Source: a virus (Duplodnaviria > Caudoviricetes). Taken from it: a DNA stretch of 60,021 nt. Positions 36,134 to 45,925 of this stretch are shown piece after piece. Each line of letters opens with the position of its first letter. Position 1 is the first letter of the stretch. Position numbers and translations under genes: made by a program. Below the pieces are notes generated by a model. The model worked only from the letters and a program-made list of their open reading frames with translations, did no database searches and was not told the origin of the DNA. Where the stretch lies: positions 1-60,021 of the IMG/VR virus record IMGVR_UViG_3300033829_000001. One strand, given 5' to 3'.

Positions 36134-39100
36134 CCCGCGCAGTATCTGCGTCATTGGTTGCGCCCTGTTCGTCGAGCTGTTTGTCCCGAGTCATAGCTTG
36201 TATCTCCGAGGCTATTCCTGCCGAGCGTGCGGGGAAGCGTTGTATATAGGAATTCAACCGCTCCTCGGCCCGTACTCGCGAAGCCGCGTCGGGTGCTGAT
36301 ACATACGCTCTGATGATAGCTGTGCGGGCTGCTTTCTGGGCGGCTGCGTTTTCTACACGCACTTGGATCTTCTCCTGAGCCTCCGCTACTGAAGCCGGTT
36401 TAAAGCCTAGCGCCTGCGTTATCGCGTCTCCTGTTGACGGTGCAGTTTGCTGAGCGCCCAATGAATCAACTTTTCCCGCCGTCATCAAGCCAAACGCTTT
36501 CACTGCATCCTGATACATCTTCACAGGAATCACCGAGCTGATAGCTTGGAAGGGTTCGCCCTTTTGCATGTGACCTACGAAGCTCGATACATTGTTCGCT
36601 AGCATTTGTGGCATAGGGCCAGATGCTTCGAATATGGCGTTCTTCCACATGTCCTTGTCGGCTGAGAGTAAGTCGGGCGGATTGTGGAAGAAGAGATCCG
36701 CTAGACCCATCCGTGAGGAAACGTCGGCGCCAATCAAATGTGGCAAGCCATAAGCGGCGGTGTTCCCTGCCGTCTTGCCAAGGTGGTCTACCAACCACAT
36801 GTGAACGGCGTTCTTGAAATCCCATACCTCACCTTCTTGGTCGGCTATCTTATGGTAGGCATACATCGCCAGTTGCAGCGGCGCTAGCGCGGCGCCTCCG
36901 TACACACCCGCGAATAGCGCATTCCCCATCACTACTCCTGCAAGGGTCTTCGCGGCAACTGCTTTGTTCTCTCCTCTGAAAGATGCCACCAAGTTGCTAT
37001 ACACTAAGTGCGTCATTTCCTGTGCGTAAGTAGTGAACATCGTCAATGAGTTCATGCCCGGTATACGATTAACTTTCTTGAAGGCTAATGGCTTATTTTG
37101 CTGCGAGTAATCCGCATGAACCTCTTGCACAAAATCCGCCGTCTTGCGAACATCGCCGTTCGTTAGTTGTAACCCGGCAAGAGCTGTGGAAACACGATTG
37201 AAAGCATCAGCCATAGCAGGTACCAGTCTAGCCCACTCAAACACCCGGTCGGTTGTTGCGTTGTCACCCCGGGCAATCGATCCCAATTCATTCGCATACC
37301 CATGATCAATAACCCCTCTATCTATAAGTTGGCGCAGCGGACTGTTGTCTCCAGACGCCCATTTGCCCAAGGTCGGATGCTTTGCTACATACGCAATGAT
37401 CGCGTTGTGTATGTCCGAGCTGGTACCCCCCTTAGCAAAGACGTTTCGTACAGTTGCGCGCAACGCAGGCCCGATCACGCGCATGCCGCTACCGAACGCA
37501 ACAAGGGACTTGCCGTAACCGTACCGAGCGCCTGCTACTGGTATGCCCGTTGTAAAATTCTGGGTCATCCAGATTGCTGCATGCGACGGGGAAGCGAGAT
37601 ATCCCATGAATCCTAGCTTGGCTAGCATCGAGTTAAGCGGAGCCTTATGGCCGTAGTTCTGAACTTCATCGATCGCATGCTTGTTAAGTGCCTCGACTAC
37701 CTGCCCACGTCGGTACATGGCCCTCTGCGATACGTTATCCCGCGAGTCGCGCGCCATAGCCCGCACCCTCGCCATCGCGCGGGCCTGTTCGAAAACCGTA
37801 CGCATTTGCGCCGCATGCCACATAGTAGATGACGCGTGCTGCGCGAAATTCTGTCGCATGTCCTGCGCCTTCACTCCACCCACGCTCTTACGAGCCAACC
37901 GCGATCCCGCATATGCTGAGCGGGCTGCTGTCATTTGGAGGAAAGCAGATCGCAGACTAGCAACGAGAGCCTCAGTTCCTGCATCAGCTCCATTCTTTTG
38001 AATTTTTCGTTCTGCTTCCGAAACAAGCTCCTTGAGACCGTAGCTGAGAGGAGCCGATTCTCTTCCCATCGTTTTCTGAGTAACAAGTCCGGGCTCGAAG
38101 CCGGCGGCCACGAGACGAGCTTGCTCTGCCTCGGCATCCGCTCGTGTCTCATGCATAGATACGTACTTGACCTTATAGTCAACAACGTGCTTTCCTCCGC
38201 GTTCGCTAACCTCGGCCGTCGAATCAGGCGAAAGCTCTCGCGCGCGCTGGGCCCACTCGTTAGCCTTACCGACATCGTTGAACTCGCGGGTACCCTCTGG
38301 TCTCGCTGCGACAACATACTCACCCTGCCTTCCTAAGTGGAAATAGTCTCCCTCGATCTCTGACATGCCAGCGAAGTCCGATACCGCAGCTTTGAACTTG
38401 GCATTATCCTCGCCTACATCAATCGATTTCCCATCTCCGATGATTGAATCATATACTTCCGGATGTTTAGCACCGTAGAGCAATCCTTTCTGCGCTGGGT
38501 CCAAGTCCAGTCCCAGTGCGTCGATGGCTGTATCAATGCCTGCCTTACGCATTTCACGCATTTGCGCGCGATTGGCATCAGCTGCTCTATTATAAACATC
38601 GCGCGCTTCCGGACTCAACGCGTTATATCTAGCTTTGTACTGGTTATATCGAGTCTCGAATCCATCCCGTCCCTTGGCAATTGCAGGTTGGTCGTCCATA
38701 CCTTTGCGCATGTACATACGATACATCGTGGCATCCACCATCAACTGTGACATCTTGCGTTCATCGTCGCTCTTGAGCTTCGTCCATGCCTCAGCCACGG
38801 GTTTAGAGATCTGTCCCATGCGATTGATCAGCACGTTCTTCTTAATATCAGCTTCTTGTAATTCGCGGAGCGGGTTGCCTTCCTTGTCACCGCCGAAGTC
38901 CGTCATATGGTCACGGAAGATCTGTCCCACGGTTTTAAGGTTCGTAATTACTCGTCGCAGCGCATCGACCGATTTGCCCCCTACGACATGGCTGAATGCG
39001 CGCGCAGCTGCCGCTGGCTCGTCATCATCGGGAAAGATCTGCTTGAAACGAAACTCATCCGTGTCGCTCATTTCAGGCGCCGGATCGCGTAGTGCGCGTA

Positions 39101-42100
39101 GTCCCGGAGCGGCACGAGCCGCTTCTAGCGGTGTGACCGTCGTTGCTTCGCCGAGGGCTGCGCGGGCTACCTCGGGCAACGCGTTATGCACACCGATCGC
39201 ATTGGTACGATCGAAGATCGGATTGTTACGCCGCTGTGACTCCATCGCGTCTTGAACCGCTCCTACAATATGCTGTAATAGGTTCGGGTCTTTCATACCA
39301 AATATGCTACCGATCGCTTTGAAGACTTTGGTTAGCAGACTTTCTTTCACACTGCCTAGATTCTCACCGGGAAGAGCGAACGCTTCTGAGTCAGCGATCT
39401 CCTGTGCGAATTCCGGGTGCGTCAAAACTTCGGCCGCCATCTCGTGTGAATTGGTAATACCATACAGATGCCGCATAAAACCTTCAGGCTTCGGTACGGT
39501 GCCAGTGCGATCCTTGAAATACGCCTGATGCTCTTCGAGCACGTCAGCGCCATACTTGGACTCCAAACGCTTAATCAAAGCGTCATGCAACTGATCCATG
39601 CGCTTGGCAGCAGCACCGCCGGGGTTGGACTCCAGTTCATGCGTGGTGCCCGCGTGGATCATCTCGTGCACCAGCGCCTGTACGGTATAGGTAAAACCTG
39701 TCGGTCCTTTCAGCGTGTTCTCCAGATTGACCTGGATAGTGCGATTGCGGTTGGTGAACAAGCCGCCAGCCTTTTCACCAAAGCCGCGGCCGGTAAACAA
39801 GTTCTTAACCTCACTCATAGAATAGATCGGCGTATCCGGCAAGCGTTGTCGTATGCTGGTAAGAATATCCTGCAAATGCGGCGTCTGAGCATGTTCTATC
39901 ATCTTATTTAGTAACGCATGCGCACTGATGGGCGCGCCCGAATCAGTATGCATTCTCATGTAATTCAGATAGCCCGCACTCTCCATCGATTTGGCCATGC
40001 GGTCCCACTCATAGTTCAGCCGTGTATCCAATGCGCGTTGTTTGATGGCTTCTAGTTTGCCACCAAGAGTCGGACGGTACCCTTTGCTGAAGCCGGTCTC
40101 AGGCTGCTCGAACGTATGCTCTTCTTCCTCAAGAGTATCGGATATGCGCCCTGTGGGCTTCTCGGGCTTATTGCCTGCGCGCTCATCATCGAGAAATTTC
40201 AGTATCTGATCGATCTCACGTTTAGGACGGTTCAGATCATGTAGAGTTTGTTCAAACTGGTCGCGCAGTCGGCTCGCTTTGGCGGGATCTTCTTCGTTCA
40301 CGAACCGCGTCTTGAGTCCAAGCATGCGCGTTTGCTGTTGCTCAGTTAGATCCTTGGGCTTGATTTGATCTGCGTACTTCTCGTTGACTGGGACTTCAAT
40401 CAAGGGTCCGGCTTTCGTCTTCTCGGTCTTCGCAGCGATTTCTTGATATCTCGTTCGCTTGGCCGCGATCTTTTCCTTCAGCTCAGCGGCCTTCGCCCCC
40501 ACAGTGATTTCATCGCCGCGTCGGGCCACTCCGAGTATTCCGCGTGCAGCCTTGTGCATCTCAGCCACGAGAGCAGTGACCTTAGCGTGTCCAGTGCCCC
40601 TTCCTTTTGCAGTGTCCTCAGCCGACTTGTACGTGAGCCGTTCAGCGGCTGCCGCAGCCTTGGTTGCACGAGCGACGATGGCATCGTCCACAGTTCCATG
40701 TGCTGCCTGCGCGGCAGTTTTAAGGACCGACGCAAACGCTGAGGCGTTGTCTTGCCGCTCTCCAAGACTGGCCGCACGTGTCTGTCCATCGGGGATCTTC
40801 TCCTGGGCTTCGTGAGCCGCAAGCGCTTCTGCTAGTGCACCAGTTGCACCGGCTGCCTTTGGGGCTTTGCCCCGTTCGCCGCGTTTGCCCTCGGCTTTGC
40901 GCTGTGCCTTATCGGCCTGTAGCGCCTTCTCGGCTTCAGTTGTATCCTTGCCCAAGCCGCGGGAGAACTCAATGCCCTTGGCAGTTAGCCGTTCGCGGGC
41001 TCGCGCCAGCTGTGTGGCGACCTTAGCTTTATCGGTGCCCTGAACTTTGAACTCATCACCACTGATATGATAAGCATTACCACCGGTTTCTTCATGCAGT
41101 ATCTGAGCAGCGGTTCGGATCGCCTCATCGCCTGCCTCATGGCCCTTTGTATCGTTCAGATACTTAAAGTTGTCCAGATCGACATGCGCCTGCACCGGTA
41201 ACTTGTCGGACTCTTCGTAAGCACGACGGTTTTGAATGCCGGATACCTCGTTGGTCAGCAGCGTCTTACGCATCTGCTCGGGCGACATCTCGCTGATTTT
41301 TTGACGCTGAGCAGTATTGACGCGGCGCTCTTGCGTAGCCTCCGTAGATTCAGGTTCAGGTTTAGCGGGCTCGGGTGGATACTCTGTGCCAGTGCGCACT
41401 CTATCTTCGGGCACATCAATAGTATGGTCTGCAGCCTCGCCACTAGCGTCGATCGGACGCACGCGCACTTTGCCAGTGGGCGCACCTTCTTCAATATGCA
41501 CTGGCAGCTCTTTGCCAGAATCGCTCTTGAAAATGCCCATCGTAGGCTCGGGAGCAGCGGGCGGCGCGGGGGCCGGCTCGCTCTTCGCTAGCGGCTCTGG
41601 TGCTGGTTCCGCTCCTGCTCCCGGCTGCTGTTCTTTCGCTATCTCAGATTCGCGCCGCGCGAGCGCAGCCTCTGGCGTGGTTACCACTGGGGTCTTGCCC
41701 TGGTCTATAGCTTTCTGCGCTGCCTGTGGTACTTCGGAGGGCTTGACCGTAGTTTCAGTTGCAACTGCGCCATCTGGCGTATGTCCCTGTACGACTGCCG
41801 TCTGGTCAGCAGCCTTGCCTGGGCCGGCGCCAGTGACAGATCCAATCACGGCCTGCGGATCTTCGCCAGCGTCTAAGCGCTTCTGTACGGCTTCAGCACC
41901 AGCTTTGGTCTTGAGTACCAAAGTGCCGTTGTCCATGGCGACAGTGCGGCCTTGCTTAGTGGCATTGGATAGTGAGCTAGCAACAGACACGTGGTCAGCT
42001 GTTAGGCCCCCCATTGAGTTGTTGAGATTATCCGTTGATAAGAACACGCCGACGCGCGGTGTCTTAGGATCATTCATATCTCTGAACTGCGCACGAATAT

Positions 42101-43322
42101 CCTTGGCGGGCTCGGCAGTTGGCTGATCGGGGATGCTCGTAGCAGCGGCCGGCGCGGGCTGTACTTTGCTAAGATCAGGAGCCGGCGCTGCGCCGCCAGT
42201 GGGGGGTGCTGCATTCTTAACTGTTTCGGGGGAAGGCCCCGGGGGCGGCGGAGGCGGTTCCGTACCGGGCGCGCCAGGAGGGGGAACATCGAAGCCTTTC
42301 TTTCTAAGAGTCTCGGCGTGTGGGCCGCCTATCGCAGCCATGACAGCGCCTAGGATTTCACCACTAGCGAAACTGGACGGATCCGTCGGATCAATTTTAT
42401 CAGCAGCTGCCTTGTAGCCATCAGACTTTAATACATACTTGGTAGCAGCAGCCTGTGCAGGAGTGATCACAGCGTTACCGCCGAGACCCCATGCCAGCCG
42501 CGTTATCAGCTTCGGGCTGTTTAGTGGCAGAGCCATCCCAGCAGCGTTCGCTACCAGGGCGACACCAGCTAGCTTGTATACAGTCTTAAGATCTTGATTG
42601 TTCAAGATCGCATCCGAACCGCTGTTCATCGTGCTCGATGCGAGCATACCTTCTGGACCCAGCGCCAGCGGGGCTATACCCTCCGCCGTTGCTCCTACCG
42701 CCTGCGCTGTGCTGTTCACACCGTTTGGATTCGCGGGATTCTCCGCAGCTTGGGTACGAGCCGATAGAGCGCGCACTGATGGCTCCCATGCAGCATCGAT
42801 CGCTTTGTACAACGAATCGGCGAAGTCCATCGCCGTGGTGTTACCAGACAAGTATGCGGGCTGGGCTACTACGCCGGCAGCCATACGCTCGACGCCCTCT
42901 ACCCCTTTGTTAACACCGCTCGCAGCTTTCTGCGCGTAGTATTTAGTATTGTTCCAAAGATCGCCCCAGAAGCGTGTTGCGCCATCGTCGTTTTTAACAG
43001 TCGGAATTACAGCGGGCTTTGGGTTCGGTGCGGGCGGCGTGGCTACAGCACCAGCTGGCATCTGGTCAGGAGTGTTGCCAGCTTGCGCTGCGGCGATGGC
43101 GTCATCGGATGGCTCGGGCGGTTCCTCGTAGGGTTGAGTGCCTACACCCGGGGCCATACCCACCGGGATGCCGCTGGCTCGGGGACCAGATTTGATCGGG
43201 ACTTTAGGACTCAGATCAGGATCCGCGCCCATGGCTTTGAGCGCGGCGCTAGCCTGCGCGCGACCTTGCTGAACTAATTGCTGGGCTCCAGTGTTGGTTG
43301 GATCTATGGGAGAGCCGGCCAT
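36120..43322 (-). CDS. Giant internal virion/ejection (polyvalent) protein with GGDEF and HExxH domains
   Basis: 2400 aa, last gene of the virion arm; NRRAY, DLDNFKYLNDTKGHEAGD, SGDEF; HEMIH...HEMAAE. Confidence 0.85.
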   Translation of the reverse strand: MAGSPIDPTNTGAQQLVQQGRAQASAALKAMGADPDLSPKVPIKSGPRASGIPVGMAPGVGTQPYEEPPEPSDDAIAAAQAGNTPDQMPAGAVATPPAPNPKPAVIPTVKNDDGATRFWGDLWNNTKYYAQKAASGVNKGVEGVERMAAGVVAQPAYLSGNTTAMDFADSLYKAIDAAWEPSVRALSARTQAAENPANPNGVNSTAQAVGATAEGIAPLALGPEGMLASSTMNSGSDAILNNQDLKTVYKLAGVALVANAAGMALPLNSPKLITRLAWGLGGNAVITPAQAAATKYVLKSDGYKAAADKIDPTDPSSFASGEILGAVMAAIGGPHAETLRKKGFDVPPPGAPGTEPPPPPPGPSPETVKNAAPPTGGAAPAPDLSKVQPAPAAATSIPDQPTAEPAKDIRAQFRDMNDPKTPRVGVFLSTDNLNNSMGGLTADHVSVASSLSNATKQGRTVAMDNGTLVLKTKAGAEAVQKRLDAGEDPQAVIGSVTGAGPGKAADQTAVVQGHTPDGAVATETTVKPSEVPQAAQKAIDQGKTPVVTTPEAALARRESEIAKEQQPGAGAEPAPEPLAKSEPAPAPPAAPEPTMGIFKSDSGKELPVHIEEGAPTGKVRVRPIDASGEAADHTIDVPEDRVRTGTEYPPEPAKPEPESTEATQERRVNTAQRQKISEMSPEQMRKTLLTNEVSGIQNRRAYEESDKLPVQAHVDLDNFKYLNDTKGHEAGDEAIRTAAQILHEETGGNAYHISGDEFKVQGTDKAKVATQLARARERLTAKGIEFSRGLGKDTTEAEKALQADKAQRKAEGKRGERGKAPKAAGATGALAEALAAHEAQEKIPDGQTRAASLGERQDNASAFASVLKTAAQAAHGTVDDAIVARATKAAAAAERLTYKSAEDTAKGRGTGHAKVTALVAEMHKAARGILGVARRGDEITVGAKAAELKEKIAAKRTRYQEIAAKTEKTKAGPLIEVPVNEKYADQIKPKDLTEQQQTRMLGLKTRFVNEEDPAKASRLRDQFEQTLHDLNRPKREIDQILKFLDDERAGNKPEKPTGRISDTLEEEEHTFEQPETGFSKGYRPTLGGKLEAIKQRALDTRLNYEWDRMAKSMESAGYLNYMRMHTDSGAPISAHALLNKMIEHAQTPHLQDILTSIRQRLPDTPIYSMSEVKNLFTGRGFGEKAGGLFTNRNRTIQVNLENTLKGPTGFTYTVQALVHEMIHAGTTHELESNPGGAAAKRMDQLHDALIKRLESKYGADVLEEHQAYFKDRTGTVPKPEGFMRHLYGITNSHEMAAEVLTHPEFAQEIADSEAFALPGENLGSVKESLLTKVFKAIGSIFGMKDPNLLQHIVGAVQDAMESQRRNNPIFDRTNAIGVHNALPEVARAALGEATTVTPLEAARAAPGLRALRDPAPEMSDTDEFRFKQIFPDDDEPAAAARAFSHVVGGKSVDALRRVITNLKTVGQIFRDHMTDFGGDKEGNPLRELQEADIKKNVLINRMGQISKPVAEAWTKLKSDDERKMSQLMVDATMYRMYMRKGMDDQPAIAKGRDGFETRYNQYKARYNALSPEARDVYNRAADANRAQMREMRKAGIDTAIDALGLDLDPAQKGLLYGAKHPEVYDSIIGDGKSIDVGEDNAKFKAAVSDFAGMSEIEGDYFHLGRQGEYVVAARPEGTREFNDVGKANEWAQRARELSPDSTAEVSERGGKHVVDYKVKYVSMHETRADAEAEQARLVAAGFEPGLVTQKTMGRESAPLSYGLKELVSEAERKIQKNGADAGTEALVASLRSAFLQMTAARSAYAGSRLARKSVGGVKAQDMRQNFAQHASSTMWHAAQMRTVFEQARAMARVRAMARDSRDNVSQRAMYRRGQVVEALNKHAIDEVQNYGHKAPLNSMLAKLGFMGYLASPSHAAIWMTQNFTTGIPVAGARYGYGKSLVAFGSGMRVIGPALRATVRNVFAKGGTSSDIHNAIIAYVAKHPTLGKWASGDNSPLRQLIDRGVIDHGYANELGSIARGDNATTDRVFEWARLVPAMADAFNRVSTALAGLQLTNGDVRKTADFVQEVHADYSQQNKPLAFKKVNRIPGMNSLTMFTTYAQEMTHLVYSNLVASFRGENKAVAAKTLAGVVMGNALFAGVYGGAALAPLQLAMYAYHKIADQEGEVWDFKNAVHMWLVDHLGKTAGNTAAYGLPHLIGADVSSRMGLADLFFHNPPDLLSADKDMWKNAIFEASGPMPQMLANNVSSFVGHMQKGEPFQAISSVIPVKMYQDAVKAFGLMTAGKVDSLGAQQTAPSTGDAITQALGFKPASVAEAQEKIQVRVENAAAQKAARTAIIRAYVSAPDAASRVRAEERLNSYIQRFPARSAGIASEIQAMTRDKQLDEQGATNDADTARATDF

Positions 43323-43333
43323 GTTAGTTCCTT

Positions 43334-45925
43334 TTAGTCGTTGTCCATTGAGCTGGAGTCGCTACCTTTTGCTTCGACGGCTGGAGTGTAGTCTGCGGGA
43401 TTACCCGACACTCCAGCGCTCGCCTCTGATGCACCGCCCATCATAGGCGACGGCTCTGATTGGCTCAAGTTGGGTGACAGATAAAAGTTCTTCCACTGAT
43501 TTCCGACCCATACGTGCACTGTCCCCTGATCGCCGTCCGGCACGACATCCGGAGTAGGCTTCTTGGTCTGTGGATCAATGTGTGTCATGGTTCGTTGGCC
43601 ACCATTGTTGAACCTAATTATTCGCGCTGCGGCGTCCGCTGCCTCAGTCGGGTTCGTAGTCCCAATGTTGGATCCTGCTAGACGCATCGCAAGACCGCGA
43701 GTAGCAGTCTGCTGCTCGGGCGGCATGCCTTGGAAAATCGGATCGGCCTTGGTCGGATCACGCACTGAGCGGCCAGCGCCGGGCGAAGTATTAATCTGCA
43801 TGCGCGGTTTGCCATCCGGGCCCATAACAGGGGCGCCGGTACGCGGATCCGTCATAGGCACCTGCCCTGGGATCGCAGTCATCGGTCCCTGCAACGAGTT
43901 GTCTACAGCAGCACCAGCATCCTGTTGAGCTTTCTGGTAGTTCGCGATGCTAATCTTCGGCCCTTGTTTGCCATCCCCAAGCGATGCAGCCTTAGCGCTG
44001 GCCTCGCCCGCTTGGGCATTGGCGAGATTCGCATGCGCTTGGTTATACTGAATCTGTGACCCGAACACGGCTGCCTTGACTGGCGCTTCTTCGGCTGTAA
44101 CATCGGAGTTCTGCTTGGCAGCCTGCCCCCATAGATAACGTCCCTGACCTGTCAACTGCGCGCCTGCAGCAGTGCGCAGCTTAGCTTCGGTTTCACGCTG
44201 AGCAGTATATGAAGCCAGCATGGACTTTTGCACGTTAGCAGGATCGAGCGCGTTCTGAGCAAGCATAGAGATATGCTGCTGCGTAACAGTCGTATACGGC
44301 GGGTCGTTTTCATGGCCGGTCATGCCGGCGAATGGGCTCCTGTACATAAGCGCGCCGACATGCATGTTAGGATCGTAGCCCGGCTTCGGCTGCCCAGTAA
44401 TAGGATCTTTCGCCAATGCGTCATTCGCTGCCACGTCCGACGCAGTCGCAGTCTTTAAGTTCAGCCCTTGCCCATTCGGGAGATAATAGTTCACGTTCTG
44501 CAGGGCTTGTTTTAGAGACTTGTCGTCTCCAGATGCAAAAGCCGCATTCGCCGCAGCATAATTACGTAGCACTTGTCCTTGAACCGCACCGGTTCTTAGG
44601 GCATCCATAGCAGCGCCTACTTTGATCGGATCTTCTCCTGCAAGCGCAGCTTTACGCATCGCTTGCATCTTCAACTGTTCTGAATGCTCGTACCAATCGG
44701 GCGAGAGCGAATGCGGCTGACCCGACTCGGCAGGCGATTTTTGCGGGATGCCTGCCTTCACGGTTGGATCAGCCGCAACTTGTTTGACGTTTTCAGTTGT
44801 GCTCTGATTCGCTATCGCGGTCCCAGTCTGCTGTGCAGTTGGCGGGGCTGTGGGCTGTGCGGGAGCAGCGGGCGCGGGGGCACCTGGACGTACACCCGCG
44901 GCGGCGGGAGCTGCAGGTTGAGCGGGCGGCGCACCCTGTGCGGGCGCAGCTGAAGCAGGAATACCAGCAGCAGGCGCTGCAGCAATCGGCGAAGGGGGGC
45001 CACTGGGTACAGGATTGGCTCCCGCGGTCGGACTGTACGGACCTGTAACACCCTGATTACTATTGGGGAGACTGTTGTCATCAAGTAACCCCCCATGCAG
45101 ATGATGGAAAAACTGTTCCACTGCGCCCTTGGCTTGATCAAGTACCGACGGTGATTGCTGTTCGGGAATGCCCGTTACAGTCGATTCCATGCCGGTCGAT
45201 GCATCCGCTGCATTCTCGCGCTGTTCGTGTCTATCCCACGCATTGCGGAGGTTCTGTCCCATGACCATACCAGACTGCAAACCCGAGGAGATCCCTGCGA
45301 GCTTGCCAGATACTGCGGGCTGCAAGGTCTGAGCCTGCTGCAGCTGTGGTTGGCTTGTGCTATCGAATCCCGGGACTGAGCCACCCTGGTCCATGGTCAG
45401 CACCTGACCCTCCGTAGAGGCTGGTACGATGCCCTGTTGTGGGCCGGCGGGCAGTGCGCCGCCGCGCTGATGCGGTGCATGTCCTACAGGCATAACACCC
45501 CCACGCGCGAGCATCGGCGTGCCTGGATCTTCTGGCGACTGCATTGCGCCGGGGACTACACCCGAAGCCGGCCCGCGCACGAAGTCCGGTGCCGCGGTAG
45601 TTGACGCAAAATTGTTGCGAATAACCGGCCCGCGGCGCTTAGCTGGTACAACGCCCCCTTTCTCCATACCCATAGCAGCCAAGCCGGCTTGAGCCAGAGC
45701 AGGCGGCGGAGTGGTAGGCGATGGTGCCACGGACGGCACAGGAGACAGTTGAGAACCGATGATGTTGTTGTCCGCGTCGTACTGAATCTGCTGACCGGGC
45801 GCAGCCGTAGGGGTAGAACCGCCTAAATTCTGCGGGTTACTGCCGGCTGTGTTCATAGATTGAATACCCTGTCCAATGTCGTTACCGAACCCTGACTGGG
45901 CGAAGCCACTAGCGAAGCCGCTCAT
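43334..45925 (-). CDS. Internal virion (ejection) protein
   Basis: 863 aa, Ala/Gln/Pro-rich, MSGFASGF start, located before the giant protein. Confidence 0.75.
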   Translation of the reverse strand: MSGFASGFAQSGFGNDIGQGIQSMNTAGSNPQNLGGSTPTAAPGQQIQYDADNNIIGSQLSPVPSVAPSPTTPPPALAQAGLAAMGMEKGGVVPAKRRGPVIRNNFASTTAAPDFVRGPASGVVPGAMQSPEDPGTPMLARGGVMPVGHAPHQRGGALPAGPQQGIVPASTEGQVLTMDQGGSVPGFDSTSQPQLQQAQTLQPAVSGKLAGISSGLQSGMVMGQNLRNAWDRHEQRENAADASTGMESTVTGIPEQQSPSVLDQAKGAVEQFFHHLHGGLLDDNSLPNSNQGVTGPYSPTAGANPVPSGPPSPIAAAPAAGIPASAAPAQGAPPAQPAAPAAAGVRPGAPAPAAPAQPTAPPTAQQTGTAIANQSTTENVKQVAADPTVKAGIPQKSPAESGQPHSLSPDWYEHSEQLKMQAMRKAALAGEDPIKVGAAMDALRTGAVQGQVLRNYAAANAAFASGDDKSLKQALQNVNYYLPNGQGLNLKTATASDVAANDALAKDPITGQPKPGYDPNMHVGALMYRSPFAGMTGHENDPPYTTVTQQHISMLAQNALDPANVQKSMLASYTAQRETEAKLRTAAGAQLTGQGRYLWGQAAKQNSDVTAEEAPVKAAVFGSQIQYNQAHANLANAQAGEASAKAASLGDGKQGPKISIANYQKAQQDAGAAVDNSLQGPMTAIPGQVPMTDPRTGAPVMGPDGKPRMQINTSPGAGRSVRDPTKADPIFQGMPPEQQTATRGLAMRLAGSNIGTTNPTEAADAAARIIRFNNGGQRTMTHIDPQTKKPTPDVVPDGDQGTVHVWVGNQWKNFYLSPNLSQSEPSPMMGGASEASAGVSGNPADYTPAVEAKGSDSSSMDND

